A stretch of 64,000 bases of DNA from Sedimentisphaerales bacterium (GCA_963663965.2 CAXXFK010000021.1:1-64000); one strand, 5' to 3'; shown: positions 9,884-20,663, numbered from the stretch's first letter. The notes: a model not told the origin generated them from the sequence alone. Numbers and translations are program-made.

Positions 9884-10888
9884 ATGTTCTCATGGTTAGA
9901 ATTATTAATCAGCTTTTCCGGTGGAATTTTTGGCGCCGCATTTGGTGCTTTGCCTGCTTTTATTCTTTGCGGTTTAGCCGCCACGCTTGGGGCAACTGCC
10001 TGTATGGTCAGTGGTAAGAACGATTTTACCCTGCTGATTACCTGGGGGCCACTCCTGGGCCCTCACGTCTCATTTGCCGGCGGTGCCGCCGCCGCAGTTT
10101 ACGCAAGCCGTAAAGGCGTTCTGGCCAACGGCAGAAACATCACGGAGGGATTAATGGGCTTGAACAGCCCGGATACGTTGGCAATTGGCGGGCTTTTTGG
10201 TTCGGTAGGATTCCTCTTTATGGTCCTTTTTAATCAAATACCAGACATTGCCGGACTTCCCTGGACCAATACCATCGCATTATCCGTGACGGTAAACCTC
10301 CTGCTGGCCCGCCTGCTCTTTGGAAAAACAGGGATATTTGGGAAAGTTGCACCGGGCCGGTCACGCTGGATTCCAACTTCAACCTCCTGCTGGTTGCCAT
10401 ACCAATCGCATCCTGCACAACTCCTCTTGATTGGACTGGGCGTAGGCTTGCCTTCCGCTTTCATCTTATCGCAAAAACCCGAATTAATGTTTCTCCTGTT
10501 CGGTCTTACCACGTTTTCCCTGATATTTCTTCAATATGGCACCCAGATCCCTGTCACCCACCACATTGCTCTTTCAGCCAGCCTGTTAGCCGGCGCCACC
10601 GGCAATATCTGGTGGGGCATTACCATGGCAATCCTGGCCGCTTATCTGGCCGAATTTTTCGCCTGCCTGTTCTTAATTCATGGCGACAGCCATATCGACC
10701 CTCCCACCTGGGCTCTGCTGGTTGTTTTCTCCCTGCATCCCTGGCTGAAAGCGGCGAATATTCTCGATTACCACCCGGCAATCGCTCCGGTTGCCCTGCT
10801 GATCGTCGCAGTCAGTGGCTTTGTTGTATTAAGCTGGTTGCGCAGCCCAATCATATTTAAATCCATCCCTGAAACTACCTACTCTTAA
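9884..10888 (+). CDS. Polytopic integral membrane protein, putative permease
   Basis: Roughly 10 hydrophobic segments, Gly/Ala-rich; motifs GPHVSFAGG, PVTHHIAL, HGDSHIDPP; first gene of a sugar-catabolic operon. Confidence 0.7.
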   Translation: MFSWLELLISFSGGIFGAAFGALPAFILCGLAATLGATACMVSGKNDFTLLITWGPLLGPHVSFAGGAAAAVYASRKGVLANGRNITEGLMGLNSPDTLAIGGLFGSVGFLFMVLFNQIPDIAGLPWTNTIALSVTVNLLLARLLFGKTGIFGKVAPGRSRWIPTSTSCWLPYQSHPAQLLLIGLGVGLPSAFILSQKPELMFLLFGLTTFSLIFLQYGTQIPVTHHIALSASLLAGATGNIWWGITMAILAAYLAEFFACLFLIHGDSHIDPPTWALLVVFSLHPWLKAANILDYHPAIAPVALLIVAVSGFVVLSWLRSPIIFKSIPETTYS

Positions 10889-10915
10889 TTGGCCCTTACT
10901 TCACTGGAGCACACA

Positions 10916-12154
10916 ATGAATCCTTTCGAATTTTATAATCCCGTCCGCGTTCTGTTTGGCCCCGGGGTGATCGATACGTCCGGCCAAGAAGCTTCCCAAT
11001 TGGGAAACAAGGCCCTTTTAGTCACCTATCGCGAACATGACTTCTTCCAGGAATTAATAACAAATTTGATCGCTTTGCTTGCCAAACACGGCGTAACAAC
11101 CATTCCATTTTTCGAAATCGAAGCCAATCCCTCCATCGAATCTTGTGAACAAGGGACTGTGCTGGCGAAATCGGAAAAAGTGGATTTGGTCATCGGTTTA
11201 GGGGGTGGAAGCGCCATGGATGCCGCCAAAGTAATCGCTGCCGGCGTCAAATACTCCGCCCCGCTCTGGAACATGGTGGCCAGTCGTCACGATATATTTC
11301 AAGCCCAGTTCCCCCAGGAGGCGCTCCCCACACTGATGATTCCCACTTTACCGGCTACCGGCAGCGAAATGAATTGCTGTGCCGTGATCACCAACCAGGC
11401 CACCACGGAAAAATCCTATGTATGGGATCCATGTCTATTCCCCCGTGTATCTATTGTTGATCCGAAACTCTGTTGCAGTCTCCCGCCCTTTCAGAGCGCC
11501 TGCGGCGCCGCCGACACCATTTCCCATGTCATGGAATTCTATCTCAACGGCCAGGAAGACAGCCCACTGAACAATCGGATACAGGAAGGCATCATGCTGA
11601 CGGTTATGGAAAAAATTCTCCGGGTTTTGGATAATCCTCACGACCTTTCCGCCCGCGGCCAGTTACAATGGGCCTCGATCCTGGCGCAAAATGGTATTTC
11701 CCAACCCGGCGACGCCTGGACTCCGATGCATCAACTGGGCCATGTCCTGTCTGCCCGCTATAATATCCCTCACGGCGCGTCACTCTCCATTATCATGCCG
11801 GCCTGGATGAAAACACTCTATCCTCGCCGTCCCGATCAGTACCTCCAGTTTGCCCGCCGTGTCTGCCATATTATATCAGAAAACAAAACCAGCACGGCAA
11901 TTATCCTGGAGGGAATCGATTATTTCTCTTCTTTCCTGAAAATCATTGGCGTCCCCACAAGCCTGTCTGAAGTTGGCATCCCCCAAAATGAAATTGAAGC
12001 GATTGTCGATGATGTTACCCGGATCAGTTTTAATGCCAACCACATGCTCACCTGCACTCCACCCGTCAACCGTGACGATATCACTGCGGTTTTCACTGCG
12101 GCGATGTCAATGACTGAGCCAGAATTTAAATTCAGACATGAAAACTGCCGATGA
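10916..12154 (+). CDS. Iron-containing alcohol dehydrogenase (butanol dehydrogenase-like)
   Basis: FYNPVRVLFG, GLGGGSAMD, PTLPATGSE; metal ligands DTISH, MHQLGH, PHG; GGAG RBS before ATG 10916. Confidence 0.9.
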   Translation: MNPFEFYNPVRVLFGPGVIDTSGQEASQLGNKALLVTYREHDFFQELITNLIALLAKHGVTTIPFFEIEANPSIESCEQGTVLAKSEKVDLVIGLGGGSAMDAAKVIAAGVKYSAPLWNMVASRHDIFQAQFPQEALPTLMIPTLPATGSEMNCCAVITNQATTEKSYVWDPCLFPRVSIVDPKLCCSLPPFQSACGAADTISHVMEFYLNGQEDSPLNNRIQEGIMLTVMEKILRVLDNPHDLSARGQLQWASILAQNGISQPGDAWTPMHQLGHVLSARYNIPHGASLSIIMPAWMKTLYPRRPDQYLQFARRVCHIISENKTSTAIILEGIDYFSSFLKIIGVPTSLSEVGIPQNEIEAIVDDVTRISFNANHMLTCTPPVNRDDITAVFTAAMSMTEPEFKFRHENCR

Positions 12155-12311
12155 TAAAACCATGCGAATGATAACTTCTGAATAATATAATAACCTATGC
12201 AGTATAACAATAAAACCACCCCGATATGTTTTTCTTTGGCCAGGATACCTGACGTATATAGAGGCCATCAAGTCTATCCAACGTCTGGGCCATCCATGTA
12301 AGCTACCAACC

Positions 12312-13043
12312 ATGAAAAAAACTGCTCCAACAAAATTCGACCTTTCCACCCTGGCCGGTATGATCGATTTAAGTGCTGTGCGCGCCAATAGCGACGAAGC
12401 TGAAATTCGCAAACTGGCCACAGCCGCCGGCAAACATCAATGCATCGCGGTCTTCACTCTGCCCACCTACACGCCCTTGATCAAAAAGTTACTGTCACCC
12501 CATCCATTTGTTAAAATCGGCGGCGTCGTAGGATTCCCTGGCGGCGCGACCACGACCCGCATCAAAGTGGCCGAGGCCCTCGAACTGATCGATCAGGGAT
12601 GTTCGGAACTGGATATGGTGATCAACATTGCCCGGTTGTTATCCTGCGATACGCAATATGTCCAGAACGATGTCCGGGCCGTAGTGGAAGCATCCGCAGG
12701 AATTCCCGTCAAGGTGATTCTCGAATGCCACTATCTTGACGAGGACCAGATTCGCACCGCCTGTGAGCTCTGTATCGAAGCCGGAGCCAGTTATGTCAAA
12801 ACCGGGACCGGCTGGACCACAACCGGCGCCACCATGGCCAATGTCTCCCTGATCAAACGCTGTGTCGGCGATCAGATCGGAATTAAGGCGGCTGGCGGTA
12901 TCCATACTCTGGAAACACTCACCCAGTTGTACCTTGCCGGGGCTACCCGGTTCGGGATCAGCTTGAACGCAGGCGAAAAAATCTTCCGGGAACATGCCAT
13001 GGCCCAACAAGAAACGAAGGTTATCACCGGTCCGATCGAATAG
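12312..13043 (+). CDS. deoC: Deoxyribose-phosphate aldolase (class I aldolase)
   Basis: VVGFPGG, ELDMVIN, KVILE, YVKTGTG (Schiff-base Lys), IKAAGGI, RFG. Confidence 0.88.
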   Translation: MKKTAPTKFDLSTLAGMIDLSAVRANSDEAEIRKLATAAGKHQCIAVFTLPTYTPLIKKLLSPHPFVKIGGVVGFPGGATTTRIKVAEALELIDQGCSELDMVINIARLLSCDTQYVQNDVRAVVEASAGIPVKVILECHYLDEDQIRTACELCIEAGASYVKTGTGWTTTGATMANVSLIKRCVGDQIGIKAAGGIHTLETLTQLYLAGATRFGISLNAGEKIFREHAMAQQETKVITGPIE

Positions 13044-13068
13044 CATTCTCCCTCTTTCTGGAGGAACC

Positions 13069-14592
13069 ATGCCAGACTATATCATTGCTTATGACCTGGG
13101 AACCGGCGGCAATAAAGCCTCGCTTTACGATGCCCAAGGTGTTTGCCTGGCCTCCCGGTTTGTCCCCTATGCCACCTTTTATCCAAAACCCGGCTGCCAT
13201 GAGCAACGCCCGAATGACTGGTGGCAAGCAATCGTACAAAGCACCCAGGTCCTTCTGGCTGACAGTAATGTGAATCCCCGTCATATTGTTAGCCTGGGAT
13301 TGTCCGGACACAGCCTGGGCGTTGTCCCCCTGGACCGGCAGGGCCGGCTCTTGCGCGAATTCGTTCCCATCTGGTCCGATGCACGATCGGCTAAGCAGAC
13401 TTCCCAATTCTTCCGCCAGATAGAAGAAGCCGACTGGTATCTGTTGACCGGTAACGGTTTTCCCCCAGCCCTCTATTCGGTCTTTAAGATTATGTGGTAC
13501 CGCGATAACGAACCCGATATGTTCAGCCAGATCGCCAAAGTCATAGGGACTAAGGATTTTATCAACTATCGACTCACCGGCCAAATCGCTACAGATCATT
13601 CTTACGCCTCCGGCTGCGGGGTTTATGACCTGGTCCAACATACTTACGCCGGCCATCTCATCGCCGCCGCCGGGCTTTCTCCCGAACTCTTTCCCGAAAT
13701 TGTCCCAGCCACAACGATACTGGGAACGCTGACCGCCGAAGCGGCAGAAACACTGGGATTGTCACCCCAAACCAAGGTTGTGGCCGGTGGCGTGGACAAT
13801 GCGTGCATGGCGCTGGGGGCCAGGGTTTGGCAGGAAGGACAGGTTTACAATTCTTTGGGCTCCTCCAGTTGGATAGCCGCCTCTTCCCATCACCCCCTTT
13901 TGCAGCCAAACACCCGTCCCTACGTCTTCGCCCATGTCGTGCCCGACATGTTTGTCTCTGCCACGGCGATTTTTTCCGCCGGCAGCAGCTTCCGCTGGCT
14001 GCGCGACCTGTTCTGTCATGACCTGATCGAACAGGCTGCGCGGGAAAACCGGGATGTCTATGAGTTGATGATTGCCGAAGCGGATCTTGTCCCAGTAGGC
14101 GCGAACCATTTGTTGTTCAATCCCAGCCTGGCCGGCGGCTCTTCGCTGGACACAAGCCCGGATATTCGTGGCGCTCTGATGGGGCTGACTCTGAGCCATA
14201 CCCGGGGCGACATCATCCGCGCGGCGATGGAAGGTATCGCCTTGGGATTGCGTATTGCGCTGGATGCCTTGGGACAACTGGCCCTCTTGGATCAGGACAT
14301 GGTCGTGGTGGGCGGTGGCAGCCGCAGTCCCCTGTGGTGCCAGATTTATGCAGATGTCTACAATAAACGAATTGTCAAAACCAATATTGATCAACAGACA
14401 GCCGCTTTGGGCGCAGCGGGTGTGGCGGCCGTTGGATGCGGCCTGTGGGATTCTTTTGATATGATTGAAACCATTCACCATATCGAGGATATTGTTGATC
14501 CCATTCCTGAACACGTCACCCGATATGAAGCATTACTGCAGGGTTTCAAACAGGCGGGACACCTTCTTTCTCAACTCCATATTCCTGAATGA
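13069..14592 (+). CDS. FGGY-family carbohydrate kinase (xylulokinase-like)
   Basis: AYDLGTGGNKA, PIWSDARS, GGVDNAC, VGGGSRS; GAGG RBS before ATG 13069. Confidence 0.9.
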   Translation: MPDYIIAYDLGTGGNKASLYDAQGVCLASRFVPYATFYPKPGCHEQRPNDWWQAIVQSTQVLLADSNVNPRHIVSLGLSGHSLGVVPLDRQGRLLREFVPIWSDARSAKQTSQFFRQIEEADWYLLTGNGFPPALYSVFKIMWYRDNEPDMFSQIAKVIGTKDFINYRLTGQIATDHSYASGCGVYDLVQHTYAGHLIAAAGLSPELFPEIVPATTILGTLTAEAAETLGLSPQTKVVAGGVDNACMALGARVWQEGQVYNSLGSSSWIAASSHHPLLQPNTRPYVFAHVVPDMFVSATAIFSAGSSFRWLRDLFCHDLIEQAARENRDVYELMIAEADLVPVGANHLLFNPSLAGGSSLDTSPDIRGALMGLTLSHTRGDIIRAAMEGIALGLRIALDALGQLALLDQDMVVVGGGSRSPLWCQIYADVYNKRIVKTNIDQQTAALGAAGVAAVGCGLWDSFDMIETIHHIEDIVDPIPEHVTRYEALLQGFKQAGHLLSQLHIPE

Positions 14593-14915
14593 TACTAAAT
14601 CGAGATTCACCTAGAGACCGCTGACGGTCAGGGCGTCCGAATGGGAATTGGGGTGATAATGCCGGCCATTGCCATCGTAAACCCGTACACCTTCCCGCAG
14701 CCAGTCGTTGAGTGACGGCAGCGGATAGAGCTCTTTATTGATGCAGTAGGCAATATATGTCGCAAGGGTGATTCACATCCTCTGTTTCATAGTCCCCAAA
14801 GTCTTTCAAATCAATAAAAACTCGCAATTAGGTTCGTCCAAACAATGTTTACGTGTCTGTTTTCAAATAAATTAAGGAATGTTAGTTTTTGCACCCTAAA
14901 GGGTTAAAGACTAAA

Positions 14916-15926
14916 TTAATAGCAAACGCGGAATCCTGCAAAGTAATTCATATTATCTGCCAGGACGGATTTAAGCACATACGAAACCGTACAGCTATAG
15001 GGATCGCTAAACCAGTAGCCGCCCTTTAGAATGCGATAACTGCTGCCAAAATTCGAAGTCGATGATGTCCACTCAAAAACATTGCCTGCCATATCACACA
15101 TCCCATAGCCATAGCTGCCATAGCTGCCAACAGCTGTAGTTCCGTCTGGATGAGTAGAACCATAATAGTTAGCTTTGCTATTATCAATAGTAGTGCCACA
15201 TCCATAGGCATATGAGCCGCTATAGTCTGCCACAGCCTGCCATTCCCACTCGGTGGGTAATCGCCAACCATAATAATCTGCGAACGCCGCCGCTCCATAC
15301 CAGGTGACATAAGTAACGGGATGGTTCTCAAAACCACTGTCAACAGTGAAAGATTTACCAGTCCAGTTAATCCGTGACGCACCTCCATTAATGGCTCCCT
15401 CCCAATCTTGTCCGGGCCCATTAATCCAGTAATAAAAATATCCGGAATAAGGACCGCCAGAGCCTTTGATATAGGTCCCCCCAATTAAAGTGACAACGAT
15501 AACATGACCATTCAGAAAAGCCTGGTTCAAAAAATAACAATATTGGGCATTGGTGATCTCATATTGGCTCATATAACCAGTAAAACCTTCATGGCCACTA
15601 ATTCCTGAATCGCTGATATAGCCCCATGTCATAGCAGGTTCATCTGTTCCTTCCGTAAGCCATTGAGGGATCATTACAACAAAATCCTGAAAATCAACTT
15701 TGCCGTCGTTATGTAAATCTGCACCATAACACCATTCATTGGACAGGTTACAATCGTTGAGCCATTCCATAGCTAACGAATAGAGATCATTAACGTCAAC
15801 CCAACAATCTCCATCTAAATCTGCTGATGGACATTCAGCCCAAACAGGGATATGGCAAAAAACCAGAGAAATGATTATAAAAACAACTATCAAAATGCGC
15901 TTATTCCTGAATCGACAACTCATCAC
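14916..15926 (-). CDS. Secreted FGE-sulfatase (SUMF1/CLec-fold) domain protein with N-terminal dockerin-like pair
   Basis: Signal peptide; ADLDGDCWVD...EWL/ADLHNDGKVD...QWL; YEITNAQY, HPVTYVTW, RLPTEWEW, DMAGNVFEW, GFR. Confidence 0.88.
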   Translation of the reverse strand: MMSCRFRNKRILIVVFIIISLVFCHIPVWAECPSADLDGDCWVDVNDLYSLAMEWLNDCNLSNEWCYGADLHNDGKVDFQDFVVMIPQWLTEGTDEPAMTWGYISDSGISGHEGFTGYMSQYEITNAQYCYFLNQAFLNGHVIVVTLIGGTYIKGSGGPYSGYFYYWINGPGQDWEGAINGGASRINWTGKSFTVDSGFENHPVTYVTWYGAAAFADYYGWRLPTEWEWQAVADYSGSYAYGCGTTIDNSKANYYGSTHPDGTTAVGSYGSYGYGMCDMAGNVFEWTSSTSNFGSSYRILKGGYWFSDPYSCTVSYVLKSVLADNMNYFAGFRVCY

Positions 15927-16225
15927 CGCACCTCACTGAAAAAATATTACCTTGCTATATTTCCTGACGTTTCCAACTAACACGTTTAAAAACATGATTT
16001 TTTCAATTTAGGTTCTTTCATAATACCAAAATTGTCTTAAACAATCAAGAATTATTATTCTTTTCCGCTTCTGCCGGTGAAATGGCTTACAGCGTAAAAA
16101 CTCATCCACGATTAAAATCTTGTGTCTAAACGCTTTATACTTTTTGAAAATTCAGCTGTGACTTGACCTTTTCGCAAGAAAGTATATCATTAACAATTGA
16201 TAACGCCCGCTGGGCCGTGAGATAA

Positions 16226-16541
16226 GCCGCCTGACAGCTTTGCCGCAGCATGGCCGGCGAGATAATAAACAGATACGCCAGAAAGACCGACATCCCGCGC
16301 GTGGCCAGACCGAAGCGGGGCTGGATATCACAGCCTTGGCCTTTGCGAACATGGCGAATAATCGCCGTGATTAACGCCGGCGCCAGCATCATCGCCAGTG
16401 TGATGACCAGGAGTAATTGCCAGATGAAACTGTCGATCCGGGTGGGCAATCCCATAGTGAACGCCTTAAATCCGCCAATACGGCCTTCATGCCCCGCCAT
16501 GGTATAGGTGATGTCGCCATGATCATTGTAGGCGTAAACCT
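16226..16541 (-). pseudogene. Orphan fragment of the Rhs hydrophobic-hairpin segment
   Basis: Near-copy of ~32281-32595 of the giant gene (DHGDITYTMAGHEGRIGGFKAF...FIISPAMLRQSCQAA); no Rhs core follows. Confidence 0.85.
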
Positions 16542-16982
16542 CTATCCAATAAACTTTAAACTCATTATCACTTCCTTTGACAGTTTTTCAAAATCATCAA
16601 GATCATGACCACCAGTGATACTTATCATAAGATATTTTCCGCCTAAACTGAATATCAAGTCCCAACGATAAAACTTATATCCAGTGTGGGGTTGAATAAA
16701 TGATGTAAGTAACTCTAAGCCATCTTTTCCAAACTCGCATGGACCCAATCTTTCAACTTTATCCTTTTGGGATCGATTCTGAATAACCGTATTCTTAAAT
16801 AACTCTTTTATGGCATTAACTCTTATGGTATTGAAATTAGTATCAATACCAATCGACATATGTGTTTCCGGTTTTCCTCGTTTAAGATTGCCTCGGAAAA
16901 AGAGTATTGGCCGTTTCTGTCGTAATTGTTTTGGAAGTTTAAAACAAATATCCTTATCAATATATTCTATTAATTCAGTCAT
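16542..16982 (-). CDS. Putative immunity protein
   Basis: AT-rich 146-aa ORF directly after a toxin-tail remnant; weakly similar to 20220-20642. Confidence 0.65.
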   Translation of the reverse strand: MTELIEYIDKDICFKLPKQLRQKRPILFFRGNLKRGKPETHMSIGIDTNFNTIRVNAIKELFKNTVIQNRSQKDKVERLGPCEFGKDGLELLTSFIQPHTGYKFYRWDLIFSLGGKYLMISITGGHDLDDFEKLSKEVIMSLKFIG

Positions 16983-17006
16983 TTCATTACCTCGAAATAA
17001 CGGGTA

Positions 17007-17057
17007 TTATAAAGGTATCGGTACTACTATAAAAGGTTGAGGAACACCTTTCAAGCA
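17007..17057 (-). pseudogene. Tiny toxin C-terminal remnant (NucA/NucB-like tail)
   Basis: Translates CLKGVPQPFIVVPIPL*, resembling the end of the 20664 toxin (MKKTPGIFLVVPISL*). Confidence 0.5.
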
Positions 17058-17156
17058 GGTTCAGAATGAGTAACTGAGGATTGCTTTTTTAATTATAGAA
17101 TACTTAGTTGTGTCCACAACTCTCATTGTTATTAATTCTGTCAATTCTTTTTAACT

Positions 17157-17771
17157 TTATGAAATACCCAATCGCAAAAAAGCAAACCCCGTAAAGCCCT
17201 TATTTCTAATTTCTTTAGCAAGTTCATCACTAAGTATCACCGGGGGAAAATAGCCCTTAATACGAAATATATGATGATCTCCAACACAATCTTCTTTGAT
17301 ATGCATATCTGAACAGAATTTAATGTGTCCGTCATCCGCCCGCATTATTTTTGATTTACTTAAATCTAAACAATCAATAGAATGAATTGGATTTATGAGT
17401 TTATAGCCGTTTACCTTTGCTCCATCCGATTCTCTGAATATTGGAGGGTCAAAAACTTGCATATCATTTTTTATATAGGGATATGCATACTCCGTTAAAC
17501 GTTCCGAGAATATCAGCCATGACACCGGATTGGGAAGGAGATCCAATTGCTTTTTATCTTCATCTTCTTTTTTAATGAAAAGTTTAACAAAATTGGGTAT
17601 TTCCCCTTCAAAGGGTTCTCCTTTCCAAAACACTGTCAAATCGAACATTTTGTCTTCGAGGTCTTTTATTCCTTTCCAAGCAACCGTTGGAGGAATTAAG
17701 CCCATCACATAATCACCTATTACCTGTCCACCTTCGTAATCATTATCGTACATTATTTCATGGTAAGGCAT
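17157..17771 (-). CDS. Immunity protein, Imm11/DUF1629-like
   Basis: DLLPNPVSWLIFSERL...YKLINPIHSIDCLDLSKS...HHIFRI...ILSDEL...GFTGFAF. Confidence 0.7.
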   Translation of the reverse strand: MPYHEIMYDNDYEGGQVIGDYVMGLIPPTVAWKGIKDLEDKMFDLTVFWKGEPFEGEIPNFVKLFIKKEDEDKKQLDLLPNPVSWLIFSERLTEYAYPYIKNDMQVFDPPIFRESDGAKVNGYKLINPIHSIDCLDLSKSKIMRADDGHIKFCSDMHIKEDCVGDHHIFRIKGYFPPVILSDELAKEIRNKGFTGFAFLRLGIS

Positions 17772-17793
17772 TTATTATTCCTTTTCAACATCA

Positions 17794-17970
17794 CTAAACC
17801 TCTTTGCTTCCATAGGGTTTAAGTTCGCCGCCTTCTATTTTAACTTCAATTTCTTCAAATGTCTTTCTTAAAGCATTCCTGGCGGCTTCTTGTCCTTGAC
17901 CGCTCACTCTATTATAGGCCTTGTTCATCATTTCTCATATTTTATCATGATATTGATTCCAATGTCTACG
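17794..17970 (-). pseudogene. Toxin tail remnant, AHH-nuclease-like
   Basis: RRHWNQYHDKI*EMMNKAYNRVSGQGQEAARNALRKTFEEIEVKIEGGELKPY...*; contains an internal TGA and lies just upstream of the Imm11-like gene. Confidence 0.5.
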
Positions 17971-18010
17971 AGGAATTGGGTGAATGATGAGTACTTATTT
18001 ATGGCTAGAT

Positions 18011-18631
18011 TTAAATATCTTGTACCCATCGCCACCACGGCCCCCAAAGATGCTGATAATTTGTTTCCGGGATTCCCGCCGGTCGCCCTTGTTCACAATA
18101 CACAATACCGCCCATTAGACTGGGAATCCAAAATGCACTATTACCATCCTCTGTATGAAACCACACTGTTCGGTTTACTGAGTCAACTTTGTATATTCTA
18201 ATCGCAAATAAGTCAACTGGCACTGGCCCTGTTTCGAATAGTCGCCCTTGGAAATCCACCTGCGTGGAAAATGCCTGATCAACTTCTTTAAGCATGGCTT
18301 GTTTGCTTATTATTAGCCGCAAACAAATACCAAGATTTGTACAAAACAACAGGATGATAATAAGTGTGATAAAACCTAATTGCCCCCATCTTACCCAAGC
18401 TTTCCTTGGAACATTGCCTTTTTTCAGCACTGCAATAAAAAGGATAAAACGTAAAAATATAATAAAAATAGCAATATATAAGGAAACTGTCGTGAATGTC
18501 ACCCAGCAAAAGGGAATTACAGAATCTGTGGCCACGACAAAATAAAATCCCAAAAGCATATAAAGAATTGCAAGCTCTAAATCGCTTGGGTCCTTAAAAC
18601 ATTTTAAAAGTAAATTTCGAATTTTTTCCAT
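18011..18631 (-). CDS. Membrane-bound putative immunity protein
   Basis: Three N-terminal TM segments plus a soluble tail (YQHLWGPWWRW); immediately downstream of an orphan Rhs toxin. Confidence 0.7.
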   Translation of the reverse strand: MEKIRNLLLKCFKDPSDLELAILYMLLGFYFVVATDSVIPFCWVTFTTVSLYIAIFIIFLRFILFIAVLKKGNVPRKAWVRWGQLGFITLIIILLFCTNLGICLRLIISKQAMLKEVDQAFSTQVDFQGRLFETGPVPVDLFAIRIYKVDSVNRTVWFHTEDGNSAFWIPSLMGGIVYCEQGRPAGIPETNYQHLWGPWWRWVQDI

Positions 18632-18699
18632 GTTAAGAATTCCTATTTAGTTCTAATGGATATAAGCCTAATTGTATTATAATATATCACTAAAACAAT

Positions 18700-20110
18700 T
18701 CAATTATGCCCCCAATATTGTTCAAGTAAAGGACTTAGCTGGTTTATTTTGTCTGGCTCAGGATAGGTTCCTCTGACCAATTGATCATTTTCAATCCAAG
18801 TTAACTGTAACCTCTTAAGGTAAAATATTAGAGAATTCCTCGGATTTTGTTTCTGATATTGTGCAGCAAGCGAGTTGCCTGCTTGATTATTAGCCCTGTC
18901 CATCCTAGCGTTTAGCCCATTCCCCTGTTCACGCAATTGAAAAGCTCGTAACGCATCACCAGGATTATCAAAAAGATCCGAGCCAACAGCAATTATATTT
19001 GCTGTTGCATGTGCCAAAGCGTTATCAGGACCCACATCAGGCCCGACATTGTACCAGCCACTACTCTCCATAGCCCGTCTTACCTCCGCAAGTAGCCTTG
19101 CCGCAGGTGCAGTAACAATCCTCCTATGAATGGCTCTCACAATTGGAACTATCACATGCATAACTAAGGAAACAATCAAAACCGCAATAAAAGCACCCAT
19201 TAATAGTCCTATTTTTCCACTTGGATCAATACAGTTAACCGGATTCCCATGACAATACAAATACTTATGCAGCGACTGCGGATCTGTCATATTGCCGGTG
19301 TAGGGATCCATCCGGTTGAACCGGCCATTGGCGGGGTCGTAGTAGCGGGCGCGGAGGCAATACTGGCCCAGGGCACTGTCGTATTGCTCTCCGGTATAGC
19401 CCAGTGAACTGCCTTGCAGCGGATTCAGGCTGACACCGTAGCCATCATAATCGAAACTGTTATAAGCAATCGAACTGGCCGGCCCGTCGCCATCCGGATC
19501 ATGGCTGTAACTCACCAGATTGCCGGCCAGAGTGGTATGCTGACGCACCGAGCCATGACCGTCATAGAGCATAACCCGCGTCTGGCCGCCGGAGGTCTGG
19601 GCGATCACATCGTCGCCGATCAAATAGGAGACGGCCGGCTCCGTCTGGCCGGCCTGCCATTCTTCCAGAACCTGGGCGTAACCGGTAGGGTTCGCCGGAT
19701 CGATCAGGTAATCGACGCGAACACCGTCAGTAATGCAAGCCGTTCGAATCCCCGACTCGTTGTATTCATACGACACACCAACCGATGTCAACGGCTGACC
19801 CGCGCTATAAGGCGTTGTCATCACCTGCTTGAGACGATTTTGCAGATTATATTCATAGGTCACCAACTCGACCATCACTTCAGGATCGGCCTCATCCACC
19901 GGAGTCACAATTGTCTTTTTCTCAATCAGCGAGCCATTGTCGTCATAAGCGTATTGGATCGTCCGGTTATTTTTCCCCCAGATCGCTTCGGCACGGCTCT
20001 CTAACGCATCGTACAACTGCGACTGATCAGCCATAATCCGCATATCCCACGGAGAAATGATAAACAACAGTACCAGCAGACCAATCACCGATCGATGGAA
20101 CAGCCTTAAC
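18700..20110 (-). CDS. Orphan Rhs core + C-terminal toxin module (DUF6973-like toxin)
   Basis: YAYDDNGSLI, IDPANPTGYAQV, YTGEQYD, RARYYDPANGRF, HGNPVNCIDPSG, then DNALAHA...RE...MDRANNQAG; no N-terminal scaffold. Confidence 0.85.
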
Positions 20111-20219
20111 CGCCCTCCGGGTACTTAGCTAGTCGATTTAAAATCCCATCTCGAATAATCAGTAATATTCAATAGTCGAATAAAATAATTGGTATGATTG
20201 CTTTTGAAACAACCAGTAA

Positions 20220-20642
20220 TCAACACAGCAATTGAATTGAAGACAAAATATCCTCATATTCTGAAATATCAAAATCCTTACCAGATTTAATACTGTCAAC
20301 AATCACATGTAGACTTTTTTCCCCATAGTCGAAAACATATTCATATCTTTTACCAATGATTTCTCCTTGTTTATTATAACCAAGCACCGATATTCCAGAT
20401 CCTCTATTATTGCCAAAAACAATATTATTGAACTTTTCAACAGTAGCACTTTTACTATTTTTTGCATCCTGCATATTCAACAATAGACCTGTGTATAACT
20501 CCTTTGGACCATAATTGAATATAATATCAATAATTATATCATTTAAATAATAGCTATTCGATTTACGATTAATACCTGTTCTCATACTTTCAAAATATTT
20601 GAATACAATATTTTCGTCTTTATATTCTTCAAATTTGCTCAT
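20220..20642 (-). CDS. Putative immunity protein to the NucA/NucB-like toxin
   Basis: Very AT-rich; GGAGG RBS before MSKFEE; follows the toxin tip. Confidence 0.7.
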   Translation of the reverse strand: MSKFEEYKDENIVFKYFESMRTGINRKSNSYYLNDIIIDIIFNYGPKELYTGLLLNMQDAKNSKSATVEKFNNIVFGNNRGSGISVLGYNKQGEIIGKRYEYVFDYGEKSLHVIVDSIKSGKDFDISEYEDILSSIQLLC

Positions 20643-20663
20643 ACAAACCTCCAAATATTTTTA

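Noticed and set aside
14611..14770. Short minus-strand frame (IAYCINKELYPLPSLNDWLREGVRVYDGNG...)
   Set aside because: About 50 codons with no recognisable family; it may be a remnant but cannot be supported.
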